From positions 1 through 35,994 of the forward strand of contig JAAKFX010000001.1 of the NCBI GenBank assembly GCA_011064865.1: DNA of 35,994 bases. The letters run 5' to 3'. Source of the DNA: Candidatus Anoxychlamydiales bacterium. GTDB lineage: Bacteria > Chlamydiota > Chlamydiia > Chlamydiales > SM23-39. Positions within the stretch are counted from its first letter, which is position 1; every line of letters begins with the position of its first letter. The notes under the pieces were generated by a model that was given only the letters and a program-made list of their open reading frames with translations, was not told the DNA's origin and made no database searches. The translations under genes and the position numbers were made by a program. This document shows positions 1-14,525 of this stretch, piece after piece.

Positions 1-651
1 TTTTTAGGGATTCATAAAAAACAAGATATAGATCTAATAAAAAATAGAGAAAATCTTTTAGAGATTCTGCCTTTTTTATTTTTATATTCTCAATTTTTTC
101 CAGATATGAAATCAAAATGCATACGAAAAAATTGCATAGTTAAAGAGCTGATTTTAAAAATTCAAAAAAAAGAGAAAAAAGATTTAGAAGAGAACTTTGT
201 AAAAATTTTTAAAGCTCATTTTTTCGATGCGTTTATCCCTAGAGTAAATGATGAAGATTTTCAAAATATTATTCAATATGTTGAGGCAAAAGATTCAAAT
301 CCACTCCACATCTTAAGAAAACTTTTTTATGTAATTAAATCTATCTTAGTGGAAGCAAATGATAAAGAGATCACTATATTGCCATTGCTTCCTATATCAT
401 TTCATTCAGGAAAGGCATTAAATATTACTCTGCCAATTGGCAGCTTCGATATTGAGTGGTCTAAAAAGCTTATAAAAAAGCTTATTTTTAGACCTGTAAA
501 AGATTTAAAACTAAAGTTTAGTTTTCAGTCTAAAATTAAAACTTATCGATTAAAAACATCTTTAAAAGAAAAAGGCAAAACTTTTAAAAATAAGGATCTT
601 TTATCTTTTGAAAAAGATAAAATTTATTTTTTTGATAAGTTGCAAAAATAA
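1..651 (+). CDS. C-terminal part of a larger protein running off the left edge; function unknown (weak glycoside-hydrolase-like C-terminus)
   Basis: Frame 1 is open from nt 1 (FLGIHKKQDIDLIKNRENLLEILPF...) straight into the listed 106..651 ORF, so the ATG at 106 is probably internal. ITILPLLPISFHSGKALNITLPIGSFDIEW loosely resembles the LLPALP..W..G...G..A.G.f.v..W C-terminal beta-sandwich motif of six-hairpin glycoside hydrolases. The gene lies next to glgB. The product call is weak. Confidence 0.45.
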   Translation, partial: FLGIHKKQDIDLIKNRENLLEILPFLFLYSQFFPDMKSKCIRKNCIVKELILKIQKKEKKDLEENFVKIFKAHFFDAFIPRVNDEDFQNIIQYVEAKDSNPLHILRKLFYVIKSILVEANDKEITILPLLPISFHSGKALNITLPIGSFDIEWSKKLIKKLIFRPVKDLKLKFSFQSKIKTYRLKTSLKEKGKTFKNKDLLSFEKDKIYFFDKLQK

Positions 652-723
652 TAATTTTTTATATATAAATTTGAAAAACAATCTACTTTTTTGTTATATC
701 ATAATAAAACAAATATTTAATCG

Positions 724-6450
<5,727 letters not shown>

Positions 6451-6521
6451 ATCAATCTCCTTTTATAAAATAGCTAAAAAAAATATATATAATTTTTATT
6501 TAATGCAAATATTTTGTTTTT

Positions 6522-7655
6522 TTAAGTTTTAGGTTTTGATCGATTTTTTTTTGTTCTTATCGCTCTAAAAGGATATAAAAATCCATGTCCAATTTTTAGT
6601 AAATAATATGACATTGCAGAGCCAGCTACTAAACTATATAAAAACAATCTTCCAACAAAATGAGATATATTTTTTGCTGATTTAAAAGCATCTATGTATT
6701 GTTTATTATCACTTATTTTATGAGTAATTTTTGTGATATAGGATTCTTTAGTTTTAGCATTTGATAGTTTTGAAGCAGTTTTTAAAGCTAATTGCATATT
6801 TGTAAGATTAAATTCTTTAGATAGATAAATATCTATAATTTTTGAGTAGTAACTAGTATCTGTTACTATAGCTGCTTTGATGGCTTTATCTAAAAATGTT
6901 TCAGCGTCGATTAAATAAGTAGTTTTTAGATAGGCATCAAATATCTTATGAAATTTTGATTTTTTTGAATTACTTGTTAATTTATCATAAATTTTTTCCG
7001 CTTTTTTCAAAAATGATGCATCTACTATACTCAAGTGTATATATTCATCTATCATCAGTTTATAGTTAAAATCTTTATGGTAATGAGCATTAGGCATTCT
7101 ATCGTTTAGCTGCTCTGCATAGGTTAAATTGCCTCTTGAAATTGCGTGTAATATTATCGGTTGAGCATCTGTAGGATAAGAATCTCCAAGCGCCTCTACT
7201 AAAGCATCTACATCTAAATCATCTTCTCTAGTGATAAGTTTTGCTGGCATATCGGGTTTATCTCGAACTGAGTCATAATCTTTGTCATTTCCTAATGCAG
7301 TTTTGATTTTATCAAAATATGTTTTATTTGCTTCGCTTATAGCAACAAATTCTTCTTGAATTTTTTTTGCTAATTCTTCATCAGGAACTATTTTAGAAAT
7401 TTCTGCTCTACATTTTGGGCATACACGATCGTAAAAATATAAATGTTTTTTTATAGCTAATTTTTCGAAACCATGATCGCAATCAACTATTTTATATGGG
7501 TCTACCATTACCTCTAGAGTAAAAACATCATCTACGAATTCTGTGGGTATTTTTATATCATCATCTTCTTCTGAAAGATCTTTTTTACCTTCGGTTAAAT
7601 CTGGTCGTTTTGCTGAAGGATCAACAGCTGATCCAATACGTGCAGAGCTTGCCAT
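6522..7655 (-). CDS. U-box domain (E3 ubiquitin-ligase-like) protein, shorter paralog of 4825..6450
   Basis: 377 aa. IPTEFVDDVFTLEVMVDPYKIVDCDHGFEKLAIKKHLYFYDRVCPKCRAEISKIVPDEELAKKIQEEF closely parallels the Ufd2/CHIP-type U-box pattern (IPDEF.DP....iM.DPV...s...idr..I..hl.....P.......l.PN.eL...I). It shares the VPDEELA.KI..(E/Q)F block, the helical repeats (FLKKAEKIYDKL.., FLDKAIKAAIV.., MQLALKTASKL..) and the hydrophobic plus basic C-terminus (..KKNRSKPKT) with the downstream gene. Confidence 0.72.
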   Translation of the reverse strand: MASSARIGSAVDPSAKRPDLTEGKKDLSEEDDDIKIPTEFVDDVFTLEVMVDPYKIVDCDHGFEKLAIKKHLYFYDRVCPKCRAEISKIVPDEELAKKIQEEFVAISEANKTYFDKIKTALGNDKDYDSVRDKPDMPAKLITREDDLDVDALVEALGDSYPTDAQPIILHAISRGNLTYAEQLNDRMPNAHYHKDFNYKLMIDEYIHLSIVDASFLKKAEKIYDKLTSNSKKSKFHKIFDAYLKTTYLIDAETFLDKAIKAAIVTDTSYYSKIIDIYLSKEFNLTNMQLALKTASKLSNAKTKESYITKITHKISDNKQYIDAFKSAKNISHFVGRLFLYSLVAGSAMSYYLLKIGHGFLYPFRAIRTKKNRSKPKT

Positions 7656-7717
7656 AAATACACCTCTTGGTTTTAAGGAAAAGAACCTTAGTAAATATTA
7701 GTATTTATATGCAAGTT

Positions 7718-8482
7718 TTAAGCTGCAAAAAATGTGATATTTATTTTTAAAAGAGGATAAGATTTTCTAAGTTTAAATGATTGAATAAATCCTAACTGTA
7801 GACAAAAATTATGAGCGTTAATTTTTGGAAATAGATGATATTTATATCTAAATTCTTCTAAGTCTTTAGATTCAATTTCTAAAAACCAAACTCTTTGATA
7901 ACTATTTTCTGTCTCAACATTTACTGAATATAGATCTTTTATTCTGAACTGAAACTTTTCATCTATTTCTTGAATTGGAAAAACTTCATGTACTTCATGC
8001 TCATCTTTAGAAATAACACTGAGATTAAAATCTGAAAATTTTTCGATTTGAGAAAACATCTCAGATGAGATTAAATTAATAAAATAATCATCAATTGTTA
8101 AATATACAGATTTATCTTTTCTTTGTTTTAAAGAACCGTAAAACCTAAGACTTTTAAGATATTCTATAAAAGGATTGATCTCTTTTAATAAAGCTTGATT
8201 GGATAGCGCTATAAGCTCATTTGGCATATTTAGATTTTCTGAAAATATAGGCATATTTCCATATAAATAATCTTTGTAAGATTTAGATGTTTCATATGGG
8301 AAATATTCAAAAAAAAGATTTTTTAAATGAGCCTTAGTAGATTTTAAGCTGGATATCGTGTTTTTAAGCTCAATATCGTAGAAATTATAAAAACTAATAT
8401 TTTTAGTATCTATGCGAAGAGGCTTAGGCGTAAAACCAGAGCTATTTATTTTGAGGGCTTTATTTAAAATACTTTGATTCAT
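7718..8482 (-). CDS. hypothetical protein (orphan; first gene of the hyp-Ubox-Ubox block)
   Basis: 254-aa ORF with no overlap, same strand as its neighbours, filling the gap between miaB and the U-box genes. I recognised no motif with confidence. Confidence 0.55.
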   Translation of the reverse strand: MNQSILNKALKINSSGFTPKPLRIDTKNISFYNFYDIELKNTISSLKSTKAHLKNLFFEYFPYETSKSYKDYLYGNMPIFSENLNMPNELIALSNQALLKEINPFIEYLKSLRFYGSLKQRKDKSVYLTIDDYFINLISSEMFSQIEKFSDFNLSVISKDEHEVHEVFPIQEIDEKFQFRIKDLYSVNVETENSYQRVWFLEIESKDLEEFRYKYHLFPKINAHNFCLQLGFIQSFKLRKSYPLLKINITFFAA

Positions 8483-8632
8483 TGTTATTATAATGTTTTA
8501 TCTATTAATAATAGTAATAGATAATTATACCATTCTATATAGATATTTTTCAATGTTTTTATAGAGGGGTTTAGGTGTGATATGGTGTTTATAATAAGGT
8601 GTTTAGGGTGAAGGTGAGTAAAAGAAGCTGTT

Positions 8633-9946
8633 TTAGATCACTTTGCCTTTAAGGGTTTGATAGCTAAAACCTGTGATTTCGACTATTTGGAGTTTTCCAA
8701 TAAGGGATTTATCTCCTTTAAAAATAACCTTTTCAAACTCTCTAGTTCGGCCTTTTAAATAGATTCCATCTTTATTAAGGCTCTCTACTAAAACTTCTTT
8801 TTTAGAGCCTATAAGGGCTTTGTACTTTTTCTCTAGAATTGAGTGAAAAAGTTTTAAAAGTTTTTGCAGTCTTTTTTGTTTGATTTCATTTGAGATATTA
8901 TCTTCAAATTTTCTAGCTGCATAGGTTTTTTGTCTTGGGCTATATGCAAATATGAATGCTGTGTCATATTCAATTAATTCAAATAATTTATAGGTTTTTT
9001 CAAAATCTTCATCTGTTTCATTTGGAAAGCCAACAATTATATCGGTTCCAATTGTGGCATTTGGAGTTATGCTTTTTAAAAGATTTACTTTTTCTAAATA
9101 TTCTTCAGCGCTGTAGCTTCTTCTCATCTCTTTTAAAACTTTATTACTACCAGACTGCACTGGAAAATGAACGAATTCACAAAGCTTATCTAAATCTCTT
9201 ATAGCATACATTAAATCTTTAGTTATATCTTTAGGATGAGAGGTCATAAATCTGATTCTATCTATATTATCTATTTTATTTAGGTCGTATAAAAGATCTG
9301 GAAATAGATAATTTTGATCAGGCTTATCTAGGCCATAAGAGTTCACATTCTGTCCTAAAAGAGTAATCTCTTTATAACCAAGGTTTGCTAGGTATTTAGC
9401 TTCATTGATAATACTTTTGGAGTCTCTAGAAACCTCTTTGCCTCTAGTTTGAGGTACTATGCAATATGAGCAATGGTTATTGCAGCCTCTAATTATCGCT
9501 ATTGAGGCTTTTATTTTATTATCTCTTGTAGCGTAGAAATTTTCTAACTCTTTTTCATAGTCAATATCTAGCTTTTTCATCTGGGTGTTTTTTGATAAAA
9601 AATCATCTAAAACTTTAGTTATATCTAAAAGATTATTTGTTCCTATTAAAAAATCTAGGTGAGGGAATTTTTTTAAAAGAGTTTCTTTTTGGCTCATTGC
9701 CATACAGCCACATATACCAATAATTTTATCTTTTTTATCCTTTTTATACTCATAGAGCTTGCCTAGTACCTTTTTTTCAGCGAGATCTCTTATAGAACAG
9801 GTATTTAGTAAAATGATATCAGCCTCAGTTTCTGTCTCTACTTGAGCCAAGTTTCTAGCTTTTAGCTGCGTTATCAATATCTCAGAGTCGAGCTCATTCA
9901 TCTGACAGCCATAGGTACGTATATAAAAAGTATTTAAGTCTTTCAT
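8633..9946 (-). CDS. miaB: tRNA-2-methylthio-N6-dimethylallyladenosine synthase (radical SAM methylthiotransferase)
   Basis: 437 aa. N-terminal YIRTYGCQMN...NTCSIR...GCMA (UPF0004 Cys triad), radical-SAM CNNHCSYC, C-terminal TRAM-like region. Confidence 0.9.
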   Translation of the reverse strand: MKDLNTFYIRTYGCQMNELDSEILITQLKARNLAQVETETEADIILLNTCSIRDLAEKKVLGKLYEYKKDKKDKIIGICGCMAMSQKETLLKKFPHLDFLIGTNNLLDITKVLDDFLSKNTQMKKLDIDYEKELENFYATRDNKIKASIAIIRGCNNHCSYCIVPQTRGKEVSRDSKSIINEAKYLANLGYKEITLLGQNVNSYGLDKPDQNYLFPDLLYDLNKIDNIDRIRFMTSHPKDITKDLMYAIRDLDKLCEFVHFPVQSGSNKVLKEMRRSYSAEEYLEKVNLLKSITPNATIGTDIIVGFPNETDEDFEKTYKLFELIEYDTAFIFAYSPRQKTYAARKFEDNISNEIKQKRLQKLLKLFHSILEKKYKALIGSKKEVLVESLNKDGIYLKGRTREFEKVIFKGDKSLIGKLQIVEITGFSYQTLKGKVI

Positions 9947-9979
9947 AGATAAATTTAATTTGATTTCTTTTAGAAAAAA

Positions 9980-10008
9980 AGTTTAAATCAATGAACTGCT
10001 TTTGACAA
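9980..10008 (-). promoter_or_regulatory. candidate sigma70-type promoter for miaB
   Basis: On the minus strand: TTGTCA (10008..10003), 17-nt spacer, TAAACT (9985..9980), about 30 nt upstream of the miaB ATG. Confidence 0.35.
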
Positions 10009-10123
10009 GGATATATTTGTTAAAAAAAATATTACTTTTTGAGAAAAAAAAGCTTGGCAAAAAATGGTGGATAAAGATATTCTGATGTTCAATGTTATGT
10101 AAACCTTTGTGTAAACTAAAAAT

Positions 10124-10564
10124 ATGAATAAAACGATATTTATCAAAAAAGAAGAAGCTAGAAGAAATAGACAGTGTTATCTATTCGATGCTACAGGCAA
10201 AACTCTAGGAAGATTTGCATCTGAGATTGCTAAGATTTTAAGAGGTAAACATAAACCAAGTTACACTCCAAACGTTGATACTGGAGATGCAGTTATTGTT
10301 ATAAATGCTGAGAAAATCAAAGTAACAGGATCTAAAGAGGCTAGAAAAGTCTATAGAAGACATACTGGATGGTTAGGCGGCCTTAGAGAAACTCCTTATA
10401 GAATAATGCTTAAGAAAAATCCAAAACATATCATTAAGCATGCTGTGAAGGGAATGTTACCTGTAAAGACAAGACTTGCTCGCGCTCAACTTAAAAAACT
10501 TCATGTTTTTAAAGGTGCTGAGCATAATATGAAAGCACAAAAACCAATAGCTGTAAACATATAG
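10124..10564 (+). CDS. rplM: 50S ribosomal protein L13
   Basis: 146 aa. [25 protein letters not shown]...[14 protein letters not shown] is typical of L13, and rpsI follows directly. Confidence 0.95.
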   Translation: MNKTIFIKKEEARRNRQCYLFDATGKTLGRFASEIAKILRGKHKPSYTPNVDTGDAVIVINAEKIKVTGSKEARKVYRRHTGWLGGLRETPYRIMLKKNPKHIIKHAVKGMLPVKTRLARAQLKKLHVFKGAEHNMKAQKPIAVNI

Positions 10565-10571
10565 AGGACAA

Positions 10572-10976
10572 ATGGCAAAGAAACAAAAAATATCTGAATT
10601 TATTGGAATTGGCAGACGTAAAAGAGCTGTATCAGCTGTAAGAATTAGAAAAGGAAAAGGAAATATCGATATAAATGGAAAGAAATTCGAAGAATATTTC
10701 CCTCTATCCTTTCAAAGAGAAGTTATATTATCACCACTTGTAAAATTTGAGCTCAATGGTAAGTATGATCTTATTATTAGAGCTAAAGGTGGTGGAATTG
10801 AAGCTCAAGTAATAGCGACTAGACTTGGAATTGCTAGAGCTTTAGTACTAGAAAACGAAGATTTTAGAGGCACTTTAAAAGAACTAGGATATCTTACTAG
10901 AGATCCTCGTAAAAAAGAGCGTAAAAAATACGGTCTAGCTGGTGCTAGAAAGAGTTTTCAGTTTTCTAAACGATAA
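10572..10976 (+). CDS. rpsI: 30S ribosomal protein S9
   Basis: 134 aa. GGG..AQ..A...GIARAL and the C-terminal [10 protein letters not shown] signature; conserved rplM-rpsI pair. Confidence 0.95.
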   Translation: MAKKQKISEFIGIGRRKRAVSAVRIRKGKGNIDINGKKFEEYFPLSFQREVILSPLVKFELNGKYDLIIRAKGGGIEAQVIATRLGIARALVLENEDFRGTLKELGYLTRDPRKKERKKYGLAGARKSFQFSKR

Positions 10977-11003
10977 AGATTTTTTCTTCCTCCTTGTTTA
11001 TCT

Positions 11004-11049
11004 AAAGGTCTTTGGGATTTCTTCCCAAAGGCCTTTTTTTTTATTTTTT
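11004..11049 (+). terminator. Rho-independent terminator of rplM-rpsI
   Basis: 14-bp stem, 11004-11017 (aaaggtctttggga) pairing with 11023-11036 (tcccaaaggccttt), with one G-U pair. 5-nt loop tttct, followed by the T-run tttttttttatttttt. Confidence 0.8.
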
Positions 11050-11113
11050 AAGTTTTTTATTGACCCAAATCCATGTTTATTCATATTAATAAAATTAATG
11101 GAGGAAAATTATT

Positions 11114-11596
11114 TTGTTTATAATCCATAAAGACAGAAAGGGCAAGCCTACCTCTGAGACCGCAGTTGATAACCATAAAATTGAGATTTTTGATGTCAAT
11201 ATGTCTCTAGATGAGGTGATTTTTGGTGGCAGAATCTTAAATCTAGTAAATGATGTTGCTAGAAAAGTAGCAACAAAACACTCTGAGATAAGATGCGAAA
11301 CTGTTGGGATTGATTTTATTAGGTATTTTTCTCCAATTAAAAGATCAGATATGCTTATTTGTAAAGCTCAAGTCAATCATGTCTGGGAAGATTTTATAGA
11401 AGTCGGTGTAAAGGTTATAGCTGAAGATTTTAGAACTCTAGATCAAAAAAAGATTCTATCTGCTTATTTTATATTTCAAGCTGATGAATCAAACCATGAA
11501 GTTCCTCAAGTAATACCAGTATCTTTAGAAGAGAAAAGAAGATATTTAGATGCTGAGATTAGAAAAAATATCAGAGCAAAAAGAAAAAGTTTCTAA
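11114..11596 (+). CDS. acyl-CoA thioesterase (hotdog fold, BFIT/BACH-like)
   Basis: 160 aa. VFGGRILNLVNDVA..VATKHS......TVGIDFIRYFSPIKRSDMLICKAQV..V....IEVGVKV fits the acyl-CoA hydrolase hotdog pattern. Non-ATG (TTG) start as listed. Confidence 0.65.
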   Translation: MFIIHKDRKGKPTSETAVDNHKIEIFDVNMSLDEVIFGGRILNLVNDVARKVATKHSEIRCETVGIDFIRYFSPIKRSDMLICKAQVNHVWEDFIEVGVKVIAEDFRTLDQKKILSAYFIFQADESNHEVPQVIPVSLEEKRRYLDAEIRKNIRAKRKSF

Positions 11597-11652
11597 ATAT
11601 TTAAAAAATTTAGCTCTCTCATATACATATTTATTTTATATTTTATAAAAAA

Positions 11653-11681
11653 TTGACTATTTAAAATTGACAAATTAAAAT
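11653..11681 (+). promoter_or_regulatory. sigma70-type promoter of the RIC/ytfE-like gene
   Basis: TTGACT (11653-11658), exactly 17-nt spacer, TAAAAT (11676-11681). It lies inside three direct 14-nt-period repeats (see findings). Confidence 0.55.
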
Positions 11682-11708
11682 GTCTTACTTTAAAACATGA
11701 GGTTTTTT

Positions 11709-12425
11709 ATGGATAAAATAAATGAAAAAATGGAGCTGCAAGAAATTGTAAGTTTGAATTTAAATAGCTACAAAGTTCTAGAAAAATATAGATTAGATTA
11801 TTGCTGCGGTGGCAAAAATACATTAGAAGATGCATGCAAAGAAAAAGCTTTAGATGCGAAACAAATTATTGAAGAGATAAATTCATTAAAAAAAGAAGAA
11901 GTGCTAGTAGATGTAGATAGACTATCTTTGTTAGATCTAGTTGAACATATAAAAAGTACACATCATGTTTTTGTAAAAAAAGAGATTCCTGAAATATTAG
12001 CTTTGGTTGAAAAAGTTGTAGGTGTTCATAAAACTGATAATTTAGTGAAATTAAAAGATCTTTTTAAAACATTAGTTGAAGATATCTCAATGCATTTAGA
12101 GAAAGAAGAACAAATTCTTTTTCCAGCCGTAGAAGAGTTAGAAAAATATGGAAAAGTGCAAAATTTTGCGTGCGCTGATAAAACTAAAAATCCATTGGCT
12201 ACAATTAAAAATCCAATAGATCAAATGTTTTTAGAGCATGAAAATGCAGGAAAACTATTAGAAAAGATAAATGCAATTATTGATGCAGATGATTTTGCTA
12301 AATGTAAAACTTTGCAAATATTACATGATAAGCTAAAAGCATTTGAAGAGGATCTACACAGACATATACATAAAGAAAATTATATTTTATTTCCTAAAGT
12401 TATAGCTAAAGAAAATGAAAGTTAA
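11709..12425 (+). CDS. ytfE: iron-sulfur cluster repair di-iron protein (RIC / YtfE / ScdA family)
   Basis: N-terminal LDYCCGG motif (ScdA_N) and hemerythrin-like His/Glu blocks (HHVF..E, HLEKEEQILFP, EHENAG, HIHKENYILFP). I prefer the ATG at 11709 (GAGG 6 nt upstream) over the listed ATG at 11697. Confidence 0.8.
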   Translation: MDKINEKMELQEIVSLNLNSYKVLEKYRLDYCCGGKNTLEDACKEKALDAKQIIEEINSLKKEEVLVDVDRLSLLDLVEHIKSTHHVFVKKEIPEILALVEKVVGVHKTDNLVKLKDLFKTLVEDISMHLEKEEQILFPAVEELEKYGKVQNFACADKTKNPLATIKNPIDQMFLEHENAGKLLEKINAIIDADDFAKCKTLQILHDKLKAFEEDLHRHIHKENYILFPKVIAKENES

Positions 12426-14518
12426 TTGTCTATATCAATATCCATTTTAAGCTCTTCAACTAAAAAAGATAAAATAGCGCTGTTTTCATCGTTTGCTATT
12501 TTTAATGAGGCATTTCCATGTCCAGAGTTTTCGTGGATTTTGATTAAAATTGGATTTTCACTTTTAGTATCTAGTAGTTTAGCGCCAAACTTATAAGTGT
12601 GTAGAGGCACTACACGATCATCATGATCAGCTGTTGTTAAAAGTATTGATGGATACTTTTCTTCTATATTTATGTTGTGATAAGGTGAATATTTATATAT
12701 ATATTCAAAATCATTTATATCGTCAGGATTGCCATAGTTATACTTCCAGTACCAGCCAATTGTAAATTTATGAAATTTCAACATATCATAGACTCCAACT
12801 CCTCCTACTACAGCTTTGAATAAATCGGGTCTTTGAAGCATAGTAGCACCAACGAGTAGACCGCCATTGCTTCTTCCTGTAATTGCGAGTTTTTTTGGAT
12901 TGGTATAACTGTTATCAATTAGATATTCAGCAGCTGCAATAAAATCATCAAAAACATTTTGTTTGTTTTCTAGCTTGCCCATATCATGCCAATTATCTCC
13001 ATATTCAGATCCTCCTCGTAAATTTACTAATACAAAGATGCCGCCTAGTTCTAAAAATGAGTAATAAAGAGAGGAGAAACAAGGTGTTAAAGGTATATTA
13101 AATCCGCCATATCCAGTCATTAAAGTCTCTTTATTTCCATCAAGTTTGATATCATCTTTATAGGTGATGAACATTGGAATTAAAGTTTTGTCTTTGCTCT
13201 CAAAAAATACCTGTTTAGTTGTAAAACGAGATTTTGCGTTTTCTGTATTTAAAGAGGGCTTAAATAAAGTATTTAGCTTAGATGATGAAATATCATATGA
13301 AAAAATAGCTAAAGGCGTTGTAAAGTCTGTATAGGCGAAAATAACTTCATTTGTATTTTCTTCATCAATTGTTGAAATTGCATCATGAGATAATACGATA
13401 CTTCCTTTAGTTGGAAGCTCTATATCCTTTATAAAATTACCTGAATAATCAAAAATTTTTAAAGCTGATGAGCAATTTTCAAAATAAGAGCAAACAATAT
13501 AATCTTTTGTCAAACAAGCATCTACAAACATAAGATCATTTTCTGGAATAATTTCTTCAAAAAGACTCTCGATATTAGGACTTTTTAAATCTACTGCAAC
13601 TAGTTTATAATTTGGAGCATCTACATTTGTTTGAAAATATAGCTTATCTTGAGCCTCTCCAATAAGAGAATATTTTCCGTTATTTGAAAAAATAATTTCT
13701 TCTGAATTTATATCTAAAATATAATTTGTATTCTCACCATTTATTTTTGTTGTAAAAAGCAAATACTCTCCATCTGATGTAGGATATATATTACAAAGCA
13801 GAGTTTGATCTTCTTTTGTATCATAAATTAGCCTATCGTTTTTTGTGTCGGCATCTATTTGATGATAAAATATTCCAAATCTAGATTTTTCATTGGAACT
13901 ATCTGTAAAAGATTTTACGTAGTAAAGAGAAGTGCTATCAAAACTCCATTTAGGAGATTGATACTTGATGTCGAAGAGCTCATCTAAAAGATGCTCATTT
14001 GAGATCAAATCTAAAACTTTCCAAGTAGTTGAATCTGATCCTGAATCAGTAAGTCCATATGTTAAAATATTTTCATCTGGACTAATTTGCAATCCCACAA
14101 TAGATAAATTTTTATTTTCAAAACTGTTTGGATCTATTAGTTTTTTTATGTTTTTAGATCTATCCTCAATACATAAACATGGCTTATCTTCATTTTGATC
14201 TCTCATAGCAAAAATATAGCCATGTTTGGTTTTAGCTCCTAAATAATATCTTTCATAGTTTGAGTTATCTAATATTTTTTGTTTTATAGCATTTTTAAAG
14301 GTAAGTTTTTCAAAATACTGATCTGTTTTTTCATTTTGCTCTTTTATCCAATTTTTAGTTTCATCAGAGTCCATCTCTTCTAGCCAAATGTATGGATCTT
14401 CTATCACAGTATTATGCAGAATATATGAATCTTCATAAGCATAGCAAAAATTTAGAAGAAAAGATAAAAATAAGATACTTTTAAAAAAAGAGATTTTTGA
14501 AAAAATAATATTGAACAT
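12422..14518 (-). CDS. prolyl oligopeptidase (S9A serine peptidase), secreted/periplasmic
   Basis: 698 aa. Hydrophobic N-terminal signal-like segment, beta-propeller-length middle region, nucleophile elbow GRSNGGLL, and a downstream DDRVVP and SGHG (Asp/His of the triad). DPY.WLE near the N-terminus is typical of the POP family. Confidence 0.85.
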   Translation of the reverse strand: MFNIIFSKISFFKSILFLSFLLNFCYAYEDSYILHNTVIEDPYIWLEEMDSDETKNWIKEQNEKTDQYFEKLTFKNAIKQKILDNSNYERYYLGAKTKHGYIFAMRDQNEDKPCLCIEDRSKNIKKLIDPNSFENKNLSIVGLQISPDENILTYGLTDSGSDSTTWKVLDLISNEHLLDELFDIKYQSPKWSFDSTSLYYVKSFTDSSNEKSRFGIFYHQIDADTKNDRLIYDTKEDQTLLCNIYPTSDGEYLLFTTKINGENTNYILDINSEEIIFSNNGKYSLIGEAQDKLYFQTNVDAPNYKLVAVDLKSPNIESLFEEIIPENDLMFVDACLTKDYIVCSYFENCSSALKIFDYSGNFIKDIELPTKGSIVLSHDAISTIDEENTNEVIFAYTDFTTPLAIFSYDISSSKLNTLFKPSLNTENAKSRFTTKQVFFESKDKTLIPMFITYKDDIKLDGNKETLMTGYGGFNIPLTPCFSSLYYSFLELGGIFVLVNLRGGSEYGDNWHDMGKLENKQNVFDDFIAAAEYLIDNSYTNPKKLAITGRSNGGLLVGATMLQRPDLFKAVVGGVGVYDMLKFHKFTIGWYWKYNYGNPDDINDFEYIYKYSPYHNINIEEKYPSILLTTADHDDRVVPLHTYKFGAKLLDTKSENPILIKIHENSGHGNASLKIANDENSAILSFLVEELKMDIDIDN

Positions 14519-14525
14519 CTTTTAC

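Noticed and set aside
7790-7831. FPKINAHNFCLQLG in the orphan protein, superficially like the E2 (UBC) HPN...G.ICL active-site block
   Set aside because: The H-N to Cys spacing is 2 residues instead of about 7-8. There is no HPN tripeptide, and the preceding sequence does not follow the UBC-fold pattern. A 2H-phosphoesterase reading also fails, since there are no H-x-T/S-x motifs.
10066-10074. GGTGGATAA, one mismatch from the DnaA box TGTGGATAA, in the miaB/rplM divergent region
   Set aside because: It is a single near-match with no cluster of boxes, no adjacent AT-rich unwinding repeats beyond background, and no dnaA/dnaN nearby. This is not evidence for an origin.
10942-11130. 62-aa ORF spanning the rpsI 3' end and the following intergenic region
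   Set aside because: It overlaps the rpsI coding end and runs straight through the rplM-rpsI terminator hairpin and T-run. The F/L-rich translation is just the translated T-tract.
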